Shown piece by piece: positions 1-11,092 of a stretch of 34,485 nt of DNA. Source of the DNA: Dimargaris cristalligena (taxonomy: Eukaryota); assembly GCA_003614675.1 (NCBI GenBank), contig ML002390.1:1-34485 (forward strand), given 5' to 3'. The notes beneath the pieces are model-generated. The model had not been told where the DNA came from. It was given only the letters and a program-made list of their open reading frames with translations, and did not search any database. Position numbers and translations under genes: made by a program. Every line of letters begins with the position of its first letter. Positions within the stretch are counted from its first letter, which is position 1.

Positions 1-1210
1 ATTACATTTTTATATAAATACCCGTCGGGTATTCTCCTAATAAACAGGCAGTTTTACACCAATTATCAGTTTACCAGTTAGTTATTTCGATCCACCGGTC
101 TTGTTCTATTCCTATCGTCTATTTGGCCCAAGCCCCTTCATTGTGCCTTATCTACCATACATTAGAAGGATCCCTGTGTGATCCCCGGTTGCCCTAGTTG
201 TCCCTATCTGAAGATCAGATAAGAATTGTCCCCGCCGAAGTGCGTGTTTTACTTAGCTAGTTAGTTTTTCCCATTAAACTGAGGCTGCTCCAGTTGGCCC
301 TGATAAGGTTATCGGGCTATATTACCTTGTGGCATTAATTGCAACCACAACAAGGGCCAGGCAATTAGGCATATTGTGGCATCTCCAAGACAACTCACTA
401 TTACATACAAAAGGCCAGCCTCATTTGTGACAATAGTCGCCATCAAGTTTTAATTATTACTTTTCTAATAGCACATCGAATAGCCGAATGTAGAATGTTG
501 TATGAACCAGAGTTGGATTGAAAAATTTGGAATTTTCTTCTAATGAGGTAAAGTGTCTACTGTTAATAAAAGTGAGTCAACTTGGTCAGTCTACGTCAGT
601 AATTTGTACCTTCCCTCCATTAAAACTCTGTGGGGTCTAATAGGGCGAGGTGGCCAGACCGATGTCGGCGTTAATTTGCCGAGCCTGTTGCACCTACTGA
701 AATCTTATTAGCGGCCATTAAATGTATGTAATAACCAGAAAAGTGCGCAATACAGCTGCAAATAGATAAGCGGAAGCGTGCCTGGTTTGGGCTAGCCCAT
801 GTGCCTATCTACCACTTCCACCAGGAATAGAAGTCCAGTGCGTATAGTAGGGACAGTCTAGAAATACCAATATAATATCAAGTGACTCACACAAATTGGA
901 GGAATTCGCTTAGTGGCGTGTAGAGGGGGGGGGGGCGCCTCTTTGCCCGCCCGACTACTATATTTTGGTGGCTAAAGACCTAAAAAATCGGTATCTATTA
1001 CAAAATTGGCTCTGAACCACCCCTTTTAGTACCACACCACACCGCCTTTTACTTCCCTTCCCTTCTCCTAGACCCGGCATTCCTCCCTCCCTTCTTCCAT
1101 TAACCCCGTTTCCACTTACATTGTTCGCTTCCCAACCGGCGTATCCGGTAAACCCGTGCTATCCTCTCACCCCCTTCTCTCACACGCCCATTCACAGCAT
1201 CCCCCCCGTC

Positions 1211-2999
1211 ATGGTCCTCCTAGCACTCCGTCGGCGGCCCCATTTACCGAAAGGGCCGTGCTTCCGCAGGTCCATTCGGGGTGCTACTTGCCTCCCGACC
1301 AGTTCACCAGGACACTACTACAGCACCTCCAAAGCGGCTACTACTAGTCCGACGGGTAAACCCTCCGCCAAATACGCCCTCCTGTTTCCCGGCCAGGGTG
1401 CCCAGTACGTTGGGATGGGTAAGGACCTCCATGCCACGTTCCCGGTGGCCCGGTCGGTCTTTGAAGAAGTGGATGACACCTTGCAATTCAAGCTGTCGAC
1501 CCTCATGTTCGAGGGCAATCAGGTAAGGCCGCGACACACCCTTACTGACTCTCTCTCTCTCTCTCTCTCTCTTGCTTTCTCTCCCAGCTTGCCTTTTCCC
1601 CTCTCGCCTATGTGGCTGGCGCGGTCCCTTGGACATGCGGCTACATCGATGTCCATTCGATCTCCGCGCCCTACGGCTGATATCTCTCACTTATCCAGCT
1701 GGCCCGTGTTCTAACTGATACCATATATCCTTTTTTCCTTTATTACTATATGGGCGTGGGGGCCCCTTTGGGGAATTCGTGGAACATGTGCCTTTTTCCT
1801 TGCCTTTCAATCACATGCCGGCCCACTCCTCCCATATATATATGTATGGGGATATATCCTATAACAGGATGAACTAACTTTGACCCAAAATGCCCAACCG
1901 GCGATTTTGGCCACCTCGATCGCCCTGCTCCGTGTCCTCCAAACTGAATGTGGCTTTAATATAGGCCAGAACGGGGCTTACGCGCTGGGGCATTCTTTGG
2001 GTGAATATACTGCGCTGGTTGCCACGGGGGCTCTGTCACTTTCGGATGCGGTCTCGTTAGTCGTAAGTTTGGGGATACTATTGTATCGAAGGGCTCTAGT
2101 TGGTCGGCCTTTTTTGTTGAATGTGGATTTTCCCAGTATAACTTTAGGGGGTGGCTAGAAACTTAATGCGCTCGTTGATTTCGACGGACCTGGGTATCCA
2201 ACAGCCTAGTATTCGTAAAAAAAATCACCCTGTTTAACACCAACGTATATTTTCTTTCACCTGTAACTTACCCGCCTACCAGCGCCTCCGCGGGTCTGCC
2301 ATGCAAGACATCGTAAACAAACGGGACCAACGGACCGCCATGACCGCCCTCGTGCTCCACGGCACGTCCATCGCCTCTTTGAAAAAACACCTCGATTCGA
2401 TCCAGCCCCAGTTGCCCCCCCATGAAGTAGCCGAACTGGCCAATATCAACTCATCCCGGCAGGTCGTCTTGAGTGGCACACGGCACGGGGTGGGGCTGGC
2501 GGTCCAGGAACTTCAGGCCCGGCGTTTGGCGGCGCGGGCCATTGACTTACCCGTTTCGGCCCCGTTCCACTGTAGTTTGATGCAGCCGGCGGCTACAGTC
2601 ATGGCCCAGGCCTTTGGGCTGGCTCCTAAACCATCACCATCACCACCATCTTCTACGTCTCCATCCTCAACATCGTCGTCGGCACCGTCACCATTACCCG
2701 TATTACCAGTGCCCCCTCTCTTCCATACCCCCATCATTCCTGTCATCAGCAATGTAACGGCCAGACCCGTGGTTGATCCCCAGCAATTTCCCCAACTGCT
2801 AGTCGATCAGGTCACTCGATCGGTACAATGGGCCCCCAGTGTAGAATACTGCCAAACTTCCGGTATCCTCGACTTTATCGCCTTCGGACCCGGCAAAGTA
2901 CTGGCCAATCTGCTCAAACGGGAGCACCCGGAAGATAAAATTAAAAACGTCACCAATGTCACGGATATTCGGGACTTCCGGAACGATATCAACCCATGA
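1211..2999 (+). CDS. MCT1: Malonyl-CoA:acyl carrier protein transacylase (FabD/MCT1, probably mitochondrial FAS II); 3 exons: 1211-1522, 1868-2062, 2283-2999; ~407 aa
   Basis: Spliced translation gives LLFPGQGAQYVGMG, TQNAQPAI, catalytic GHSLGEY, conserved R in (V)RLRGSAMQ, ANINSSRQVVLSG, LPVSAPFH, DQVTRSVQW and FGPGKVL. Both introns are GT-AG and phase 0: 1523-1867 (CAG|GTAAGG...AACAG|GAT) and 2063-2282 (GTC|GTAAGT...ACCAG|CGC). The N-terminus from ATG 1211 is Arg/Ser-rich and lacks acidic residues, resembling a mitochondrial presequence. Confidence 0.95.
1523..1867 (+). other. Spliceosomal intron 1 of MCT1 (345 nt)
   Basis: GTAAGG donor and ACAG acceptor. Removal joins FEGNQ to DELTLTQNAQP in frame. 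Confidence 0.9.
1549..1572. repeat. (CT)12 microsatellite inside MCT1 intron 1
   Basis: Read directly from the sequence. Confidence 0.9.
2063..2282 (+). other. Spliceosomal intron 2 of MCT1 (220 nt)
   Basis: GTAAGT donor, pyrimidine-rich 3' end, CCAG acceptor. Joins AVSLV to RLRGSAMQ in frame. Confidence 0.9.
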
Positions 3000-3609
3000 A
3001 AAAAAAAACAATTGAAATTTTATATCGGAAGCGGAAGGAGAAGGGTAAGGAGAGCCACTTGGCGTAGATATGTATGGTTGGCTGGTTTTGAATTTACTGT
3101 ACAACCCGGTATCTCCCCTTCCCTTAGTTTCCCCCTCGCCTTCTCCATTTCTTAAGCTATGCCTAATTTGATTATCCCCTTAACCCAAAATTTAACCAAC
3201 CCCAACAAGGGTAAAGGCCGACGGTTTGCTCAAAGATGATCTTCTCAGCGTGCCACCATTCAATTGCAGGGATATTCGCGCCCACTTTTTTTTCACTATT
3301 TCCTCACTTTGTAATTTGATCAATTCCAGTATTATAAACAGTGGTTTATAGCCAATGTAATGAAATATACTACCATATCTAACATAATAGGAAAGTAAGT
3401 TTAGTATGAGATCATCCGACATCGACATCACCAAGAAATGTTACTAAGACCAGAGTATAGAAGTTATGATTTTAGAATTGATATCGAGTTTGAATTGAAC
3501 CGAAGGAGTCAGGGACACTCCTCTCCGGCTCTCTCTCTTTTTTTTTTTTTATTATCTGATTATTGTGTATATATTGGTAAACAGCGGATATTTTGCCATC
3601 CCTACTAAA

Positions 3610-5032
3610 CTAGTGGCACGACATGGAACGGAACCCGGCCATCTCATCGGAGGCGAAGAAGAAATGTCCAATAGCCGTACCGACCACAACACTAATCACC
3701 AGGTACCAGTTGTAGGTCATGAAGATCAACATCAAAAAGAAGGAATAGAACACCTGGAGACTATACAGGACGGCTCGAGTGACGCGAACGTTGGTACGGC
3801 GTCTGGGGGAGGGAAGTTGGTTGGAGTGGAGGGGAGGTGTTGCCGTTTGGGCCATTAAGAGAACATACAGATGTAGTCACGGGTTAGTACATACGGCTGT
3901 CAAAAATGGAAACGATTACATTCCATGTAGTGCAGGTCCCAAGCCTCAGGGTAACGACAATGGGGGGGGGGTGTTCCCACACCCAAGATACATAGTCACC
4001 CGTACATCAAGGCCAAATGATGCATCGATGGCGGATAGATGGGGGGGGATGGGGAAACGAGCGGTAAGTTGGCCGTCTGGCCTACACTCCTCTATCTGCG
4101 AATTAGTCCTTCAGCCGACCACTAGCAATCCTAACGTAACTGAGGAAAAAAGGGGTGGCTCCCAATACCCCCCACATACTGGGGAATCCGACTAAAGCTG
4201 ATTGGGTAACTTACTTAGCCGACACCGCATGCCGTTCCGGTCGACCACGCACGGGCACCATGGTATCGGTCTCCTGGGGCTGGCGATCCTGGCCCGTACC
4301 AGTCACCTCATCCTCGGAGTTCTCTCCACGATTCCAGCCCGTCGGAGGCGTAGCACTGCTACTACTCTGGTTAGCCGCCTCCGGGTCGTGGCTGTCACCG
4401 CTGTCTCGGTGGCGACGGTGGTGATGACGGCGGTGGTGACGGCGAATTCCCGGGCCGAAACCGCGTTTCAGGGCGTGCCATTCCCAACGCCGGAACATCT
4501 TCTTACTGAATTCGTAACCGGCGGCCAGAATGACCACTGCCAAACAGGAGAAGATGAGGGACTCGGGCGAGTCGATACGCCAGGATTCGAAGAGGACGCA
4601 CACATTTTTGGTCTCCCAGTTGAAGGCCATCTATTGGAGTAGGCGGTGGAGGGGGGTAAAGAAGTGGGTGATAATACATATCATTATTAGGCAGGGCAAG
4701 GGGGCGGAGTGATAAATCGAATGAATGTGGGCGGGTGCAGGGTGGTGGTGATGGTGTTGTATATAAGGGTATGCGAGGCCACTTCCCAATAGCCAAACAG
4801 CCTATTAAGAGCAAGGCGGGTAGTGGTGGTGTGGGTTGGCTTTAGAATGAAGCTGCCTGGTTGAGGGGCCCTACTCAGGGAGGCTCTATAACGAAGTCAC
4901 GATACGAGAGAGGCATTTAAGAAAGAGTAGAGTAGTGTTGGCAACGGGAGCTGCAAGACTTACGTTCATTGCGCAATGGTGGTCCATTCCAGGCATGTCA
5001 TGACCACCATGACCTTCGTGTCCATGGTCCAT
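3610..5032 (-). CDS. CTR2: Ctr-family copper transporter (Ctr2-like); 3 exons: 5032-4964, 4630-4215, 3802-3610; ~225 aa
   Basis: His/Met-rich N-terminus MDHGHEGHGGHDMPGMDHHCAMN|MAFNW, then TM1 (LIFSCLAVVILAAGYEF), TM2 with MxxxM (MLIFMTYN), TM3 with GxxxG (GTAIG) and C-terminal SCH. Introns 4963-4631 (GTAAGT...ATAG, phase 0) and 4214-3803 (GTAAGT...TACTAAC...CCCAG, phase 2) restore the frame. The Ctr2 subfamily label is inferred from motif style. Confidence 0.92.
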
Positions 5033-5719
5033 ATTGCTGGGTGGAGGTGCTTATAGGGATGTATATATGTATGTTAAAGGAGCTAGTGATTGTCTGGCAA
5101 GGAGCAGATGTAACAAAGAAGTCGAACGGGCAACAGAACTGAAACCGAATAAGAGAGATGAGAAGGACAGAATGGAGAGGCGGGTAAGCCAGCAGCAACA
5201 GAGGATAGGTGAGGGTGAACCGCAGCAGACGGAGAGGAAACAAAGGGGTGTAGTAGAGCGGGAGTGGCTTTTAATATAGCCGTTATATCTGGGCCTAGGC
5301 AAGTGAGCCAAGCATTATCCAGAAGTGATTGATGTTCTCTTCTCTATTATCTCTTTCCGGTGGATTTGAACCGGTGACGAATCCCCCCCCTAGCCGAACC
5401 CTATGAGAGCCCCCTGCCATCATTCAACGAACTGTCGATCCACGGTTACAACTGCGAAGCCATGCAGCGTTTACCCACACTTTAGCCATTAAACCAGTCA
5501 ACCTCTGCGTAAGTTGGCCTAAAAAGCTGCTTTAGAAGAACGGGGAATCTTCCAAGTGTACATCTCCCACGCCCTCCTCTTTAGAATATGCCCAAAAGAA
5601 CACTCGCTTCATTTCCCTAGTTCTCCCTTTAATTAGGCAAGTTTATTCATTTTAATCTATACTATTTACACCTTCTAGAACGTTTTAGGGAACACGGCCT
5701 GGTCTGGGGCGGTCCCAGG

Positions 5720-6274
5720 TTAGTTGTACTGTCTGCAGTTAAAATCATCAGCGATGGAATCGTCGATAACGATAGTGTTGGGTTGAAGGAGCTGCTCACG
5801 TAGGATAAAATGGGGGTCCAAGTTGTAATGACAAAGGAACAGGGTGTCACTTTCCATAAAACCGACGCAGTTGATTTCCTGGGGCCACTCAGCAGGGCTT
5901 AGTTGGTAGTGGCCATTGTAGTCACCATACCCACCAGTAGTAGTAGTTGTTGTAGTAATATCCCTGGGCAATTCCTCCACCATCATCATCATCGGTTGAT
6001 GGGCGTCTACGATAGGGAAGGTGTGTGCGGTTTCTACGGGTACCTCCTCACCGTCAACGATGAGGTGGGCGGCCATCCAGCCCACAGTGCATACGACGTT
6101 TTGGGGGGGGTTAAGACCGGCGGCAAAGGTCGTGGCCGCCCGATCGACTACCGGATTGATAAAATTGAACCAGTTCCGGGAGGCTACCTCGTGGGGCTCG
6201 GCGACGTAGAACGGGGCGGGAATGGCGCCAACTACCCAGGGCAAGATGGCGAAGACTAGATGCCAGGGCTTCAT
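5720..6274 (-). CDS. Hypothetical small secreted protein, ~184 aa, 4 Cys, no recognised domain
   Basis: ATG at 6274 within the long ORF 5720-6478 starts a classic signal peptide (MKPWHLVFAILPWVVGA|IPAP). The region upstream is pyrimidine-rich and UTR-like. The protein contains a Thr run and MMMM. Confidence 0.65.
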   Translation of the reverse strand: MKPWHLVFAILPWVVGAIPAPFYVAEPHEVASRNWFNFINPVVDRAATTFAAGLNPPQNVVCTVGWMAAHLIVDGEEVPVETAHTFPIVDAHQPMMMMVEELPRDITTTTTTTGGYGDYNGHYQLSPAEWPQEINCVGFMESDTLFLCHYNLDPHFILREQLLQPNTIVIDDSIADDFNCRQYN

Positions 6275-8641
6275 GGTAAATGATAGTATGTGTATATATA
6301 ATGAACGAGACGAGGGGATAGAACTGGGTGAAATTCGACGGTGGAGAGAGGGAGGAGGGTTAGGCGTGCTATTCTTAATGACAATCGTGAGGGTGAACAG
6401 TCTGAAACGCAAATGTGGCAAGAAAATGGATATATCAAGGCCGATGAAAATAAAACGGTTAAAAGGCAGGTATGGCATGGTATGGTAGAGTCTAGGTGGG
6501 TACGGCCTGCCCGTTATATATATATCCTCACATACGAAGACTCCGAGGCCAGTACACCAGACTGAGTACAGCTACCGAAGGGCTGACCAAAAACCATCCT
6601 CCAAGGTGTGGCGGGGTGCAATACTTTCATGCGAGGTTGCCTACCTATTCCATCGTCCAACCGCCACCCCCTCCCCGGAATACCTTTAATCTAGGCATAA
6701 AATTACACTGGGCTATAATTACCACTATAGCATACATGTAAGACACACCCATAACACTCCTCCGTCATTTTCACTATGGCAATATCGCAAATACACCACA
6801 GCTAAGGTTACGCCATTTAGGTAACCGATAGATATAGCCAATATGCTACGATTTAGAGCACAAGCTGCAACACATCCAATATATAGGGCACCTTGATTTA
6901 AATCTTATCTACCACACTATTCCCCCTGTCACAACAGCTTTTCTCCTTCACTGTTTAGCAATCCAAAAAACCCCCTTCATCCCCAACCGATCCGTAAATA
7001 GCCGATGAACTCTACCCCAATCTGCAGAATACCCACTTTTCATTATATTTTCCTATGTCGTTTATGGTGATGGTGTTGGAGAGGGTGTCTCCCCTATATA
7101 TTATGTGGTACGTTCCTCGTAACACGACGGTTTGGCTCGGATCCCTTTTATTCATTGACACTCACACTATAGGCCCAACTATAGTCAACATTGGCATCAC
7201 TGTGTCATCCGACCGTTTTGACCGGAACAAGCGACTAAATTTTAATATGTATTATATTACCCGCTTTAAAAAAAGGCCTTGGGCCCAATCACTGGTCCAG
7301 GTTATTTTTAAACTCTCCGGCAATTCGCCAGAGAGGGTGTAGCGGGTTGGATCTCGGGGACAGGGAAGGAAAGGAAATACTAATAAAATTATCAACACCC
7401 TCGTTCTAATGCCCCATCCATCCACGTCCCCGCGCCACATCCGATGGGTTACATGGTTTTTTGAATATGAACCGCAGCTTCCGACTCATTTTCGAAACAT
7501 TCGGATGGTAGGATTGGTAAGGCTTCGTTCTGAGTAACAACGGCTCGCTTTTTGATCATGTACCCAACCTCCGTAACATTTTCACCTCCGAAAGGGAAAC
7601 CCTTATATTTATTTTAAACACGTTGAAAAAAAAATTAGAATAATATGGAAACAATAAGCAATCGTCCCTATATACGGAGTAGCCTCAACCGAAAAAGATT
7701 CAATCATCTGATCTCTCAGAAAGAACGACCGAGTTACACCCCACTCCCATTTTTGGATATACTCGACAGGCCGGGTGATTTTAATATGGGATAAGGCGAT
7801 TTATGTTGTTTAGGTCAGTCTATTCAATTCCTACATGTGACAAGGGCCTCATATTTCACCTATAGGGTTCTGGAAAGAAACTCGCCGATTCGTCGGTAGT
7901 TGCCGGTTTGGATATATATTGCATGCCAAATGCCACCGTCAGCAATATCTAATAATAGGGCAGTCTACCCATAACAGGCCACGTCAAACCACACCCAGAT
8001 TAGTCTTAACAAGCGACACCCACTCACACGGTATCAAGGGCAAGTCCCTAAAATGAGAATTATGTACATTTATACATACGCATGGTGAAAATAGGAAGAA
8101 GGGCTACATAAACACGCTAGAATGTATATAATTTTTATTAGCCAAACAACCACTAAAAATAAAAGAAGGGAAAAGGTTGCCAAAATTATGAATTATTTGG
8201 GACAGAGGGGTGGATAAATGATAAGGTCGAATACATAAAAAAATACAGACCAGGAATAACTACTACGGTCTAAAATAACGAAATACAACTAGCAGGGGTA
8301 CAATAAGAGGAGGAAAGAAAGATATGCATTCAGGACGAAAAATACGAAAGTCGCAAATCAGCTATACAGTGCAATTGAAAAGGAAAATAATAATAATAAA
8401 AAAGATGAAATAACAAACTAGGGATGCTGGAAAGAGTGTGGCACTGCGGAGGAATGTGAATTAGACCAGCCTGGCTAATATAAGCAACGCCCAATTAACG
8501 CAGGCAGGAGGCGGCGGTCTGGGGAGATTACATGAGTAGAAATGGGTGGTGTAATAGAGAGGGGATATATATTACTGTATATGCCAAAAGGCACTACTTT
8601 CCTCCATTACATTTCATCGGGTCTATTTTCCCTCTCACTGT

Positions 8642-9661
8642 TTATTTGGAGCCATTACACGTTTGGTTGGCCACCATATGTTCCTTGATCTTTTTCGAGT
8701 AATCCCCATTCGGCCGCGATTCCGAAATATCGTACAGCATCACACCGCCAAATGACGTGTAGGTTTTTTGCAAAAAATCGGTAATCTGCATCAACCGTTC
8801 AGCGGGCACGTACCCCGAGAGGGCCGAATACGTGGACGCGGGGATACCCACGTAAATCTTGACGTTCTTATTGACCGAGTACACGCGGGCCCAGAAGTCC
8901 CACAGGTGGTAATTGAACGACTGGGTACCGAAATTATCCACCCCACAGGGGGAGTTGTAGAACTGGATGAAGAGCATGTCGAACCAGGCCTCATTATAGG
9001 TCTGGGGCATCACCAGGTCGGGGTAATGGCAGAGGGGGGCCGCCGCAATATAATACGCGTGGTTCTTGTCCGTGTCGTAAAGTTGGCGGAGCGTTTTGAT
9101 GAAATCGGTGTAGCCCGCCGCCGCGTTTTTTTCAATGTCCAAATCGACGCCGTCCAGGACCGCATCGCCAAAGGGGCGGGTGTCCCCGGACCCGCCCAGG
9201 AACATGTTCCAGACGTCCGTGGCTACCGTCTGACCCTGTTCCGCCGACGTTAGTTCGTAGCCGCCCTCCTGGCCGCCCAGCGACAGCAGAATGGTCTTGC
9301 CCGCCGCTTGGCACCGCTTGACTTGTTCGCCGACTTTGGGGCACTTGAGCAGCTTGGAGTTGTTAAAAAAATCGAAACAATGGCTAGAGAGGTTGAGAAT
9401 CATGGGGTTGTAGGTGTTGAGGAAAGAAACCACGATGATATCTTCAGAAGGGCTGTTGGTACAATACCAGTCCAGGTCCTGTTCGCCGTCCGTGACGTTG
9501 TGCTTGGCGGCGTACGAATTCTGGCCCCAGTAACTGACCAGGTTGGAATTGCACGATGTATCCAGCGCACTCACGACTGTGGGGGCCAGCTGCAGGGTGG
9601 TGAGGCCAACGAAGCTCAGGAGTAGGCCCGTGGAATAGGCGAGAAGGGAACGGTTAAACAT
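8642..9661 (-). CDS. Secreted GH18 chitinase, class III / subgroup B (hevamine/Cts1-like catalytic domain only), ~339 aa, intronless
   Basis: Signal peptide, then YWGQNS, CQAAGKTILLSLGG, RPFGDAVLDGVDLDIE (DxxDxDxE intact), FIQFYN and FGGVMLYD. No Ser/Thr linker or chitin-binding module. Confidence 0.95.
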   Translation of the reverse strand: MFNRSLLAYSTGLLLSFVGLTTLQLAPTVVSALDTSCNSNLVSYWGQNSYAAKHNVTDGEQDLDWYCTNSPSEDIIVVSFLNTYNPMILNLSSHCFDFFNNSKLLKCPKVGEQVKRCQAAGKTILLSLGGQEGGYELTSAEQGQTVATDVWNMFLGGSGDTRPFGDAVLDGVDLDIEKNAAAGYTDFIKTLRQLYDTDKNHAYYIAAAPLCHYPDLVMPQTYNEAWFDMLFIQFYNSPCGVDNFGTQSFNYHLWDFWARVYSVNKNVKIYVGIPASTYSALSGYVPAERLMQITDFLQKTYTSFGGVMLYDISESRPNGDYSKKIKEHMVANQTCNGSK

Positions 9662-9798
9662 GGCGAGTATGTGTCTCAGAGCAAGAAAAAAAAACAATAA
9701 ATAAAACTAAACTAAGGGGAGAATATGCGGAAGGAGCAGACAGGGAGAATAAAGAAGTGATAGGGGGTAGCGTAGTGGTCTCTTTTAAGGCGAGGCGA

Positions 9799-9810
9799 TT
9801 ATATATATAT
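9799..9810 (-). promoter_or_regulatory. Possible TATA-like element upstream of the chitinase
   Basis: TATATATAA on the minus strand ~140 nt upstream of ATG 9661. Positional evidence only. Confidence 0.3.
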
Positions 9811-10230
9811 GTGTGTGAATATACCGGGAGAGTGGAGGAGGCAGGCAATACGCAAGGGTTTCTCTAGACCAGTAGGATACAACGTAGAAGGCAAATGTGG
9901 TATTCGTTGAACCGGGATAATAATTGGGCGGATCGCGTACGCGGCGTTCGTGCACAGTGGGAAAGGTACACACTCAATTACACGGTGTTCAAGAATGACA
10001 AGCAACCAATCAAGGAATTGGAAGAGACGGTTGCAACTAGGCAATAAAAGGTAATACACCGGCGATGGTCAGTGATGTACAAATAACTGACCAGGGCCGA
10101 GAAGGCTGGCAATAGGGTAGCGGGGAAAAGGGAGGAGTGAGAAGGGGAGAGGGAAATAGAGAGAGAGAGAGGGAGAGAACAATACACCCGGAAGAATAGG
10201 GGTGTAACCCAAGCTGATAGATAGGCGGGT

Positions 10231-10248
10231 ATATATATATATATATAT
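10231..10248. repeat. (AT)9 microsatellite
   Basis: Read directly from the sequence. Confidence 0.85.
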
Positions 10249-11070
10249 AGGAATCTGGATGTGGGTGGCACTTATATTCACACACGCACAATCACAGCCA
10301 GAACAAATGTCTCCGATGCTACTTGGCAGTGTGAGGTTGAAGGGCAGTTAAAATATAATAGGAATAGTGGAAAGGGAGGCCAATCCGCAATGACGACAAA
10401 CGCTCAAATTGATGAAAGCGACGGTAACAACCGGAACGGCTAAAATTTACACACAGGCGGCGAGACAGCACGGAGACAGTAGTGAAGGAGAGAGGTGAAG
10501 AACAATAGGCAGTGAACAAGTAGAAAAATTAGGGTGGGGGCGGAAAGGGACAGCTTTATATACAGAAACCCATCCCTGGGCGGGGAGAGGGTATTGTGTG
10601 GTGCTGATAAGGCAAGGGCACAGGCAGGAACAGACAGATATTGCATTGGCAAGGGGGGAAGAGGGAGGGGAGGAAAGAGAAAAGGGTTTGTAATGGGGGG
10701 GGGGGCGGGGAGGGGGGGGGCCAGATTGGATTGTCTGCTGTTAGTGGGTACTGTGGACAAAAGACACAGGGCCAAAAAGCAGATCAGGTCCTCTCTTTTA
10801 CATCTTCCTCATCCACTACGCTCGTTTTAGTTTCCCAATGCGATGCCCTTTTGGTCCCCCAACAACAACACCCCCCAAAAGCCGTAAGCAGGGGAATATG
10901 AGGGTTAGAAAAGGGCGAAAAGCAGGCAACCCAAAAATAAATACAAGGACGGCCCAATGGGCCTCGATCCACTGTAAACCAATGTCGGATGGCCCCAACA
11001 CCATGCGCGCCCTACCTCACTCGCCCTACGTTCCTTTCTCTAGGCCCCCCGCCGACCGTTCCTTTCTTGC

Positions 11071-11092
11071 TCTCTCTCTCTCTCTCTCTCTC
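11071..11092. repeat. (TC)11 microsatellite
   Basis: Read directly from the sequence. Confidence 0.85.

Noticed and set aside
1121-1714. ORF-track 197-aa protein with TTG start and an SLSLSL tail
   Set aside because: It is MCT1 exon 1 read through into intron 1 and its CT repeat. The real start is probably ATG 1211.
1211-2999. Acyltransferase as part of a trans-AT PKS or biosynthetic cluster
   Set aside because: It has a mitochondrial-type presequence and plain FabD architecture, and there is no KS, ACP or NRPS gene in the window.
5357-5380. GGTTCAAATCC on the minus strand, resembling a tRNA T-loop or B-box
   Set aside because: Only 2 bp of T-stem can form, and I could not build an acceptor, D or anticodon arm.
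5033-5700. Copper-responsive TTTGCTC-type elements in the Ctr promoter
   Set aside because: I saw no exact match upstream. The nearest is downstream of the gene (~3226) and is uninformative.
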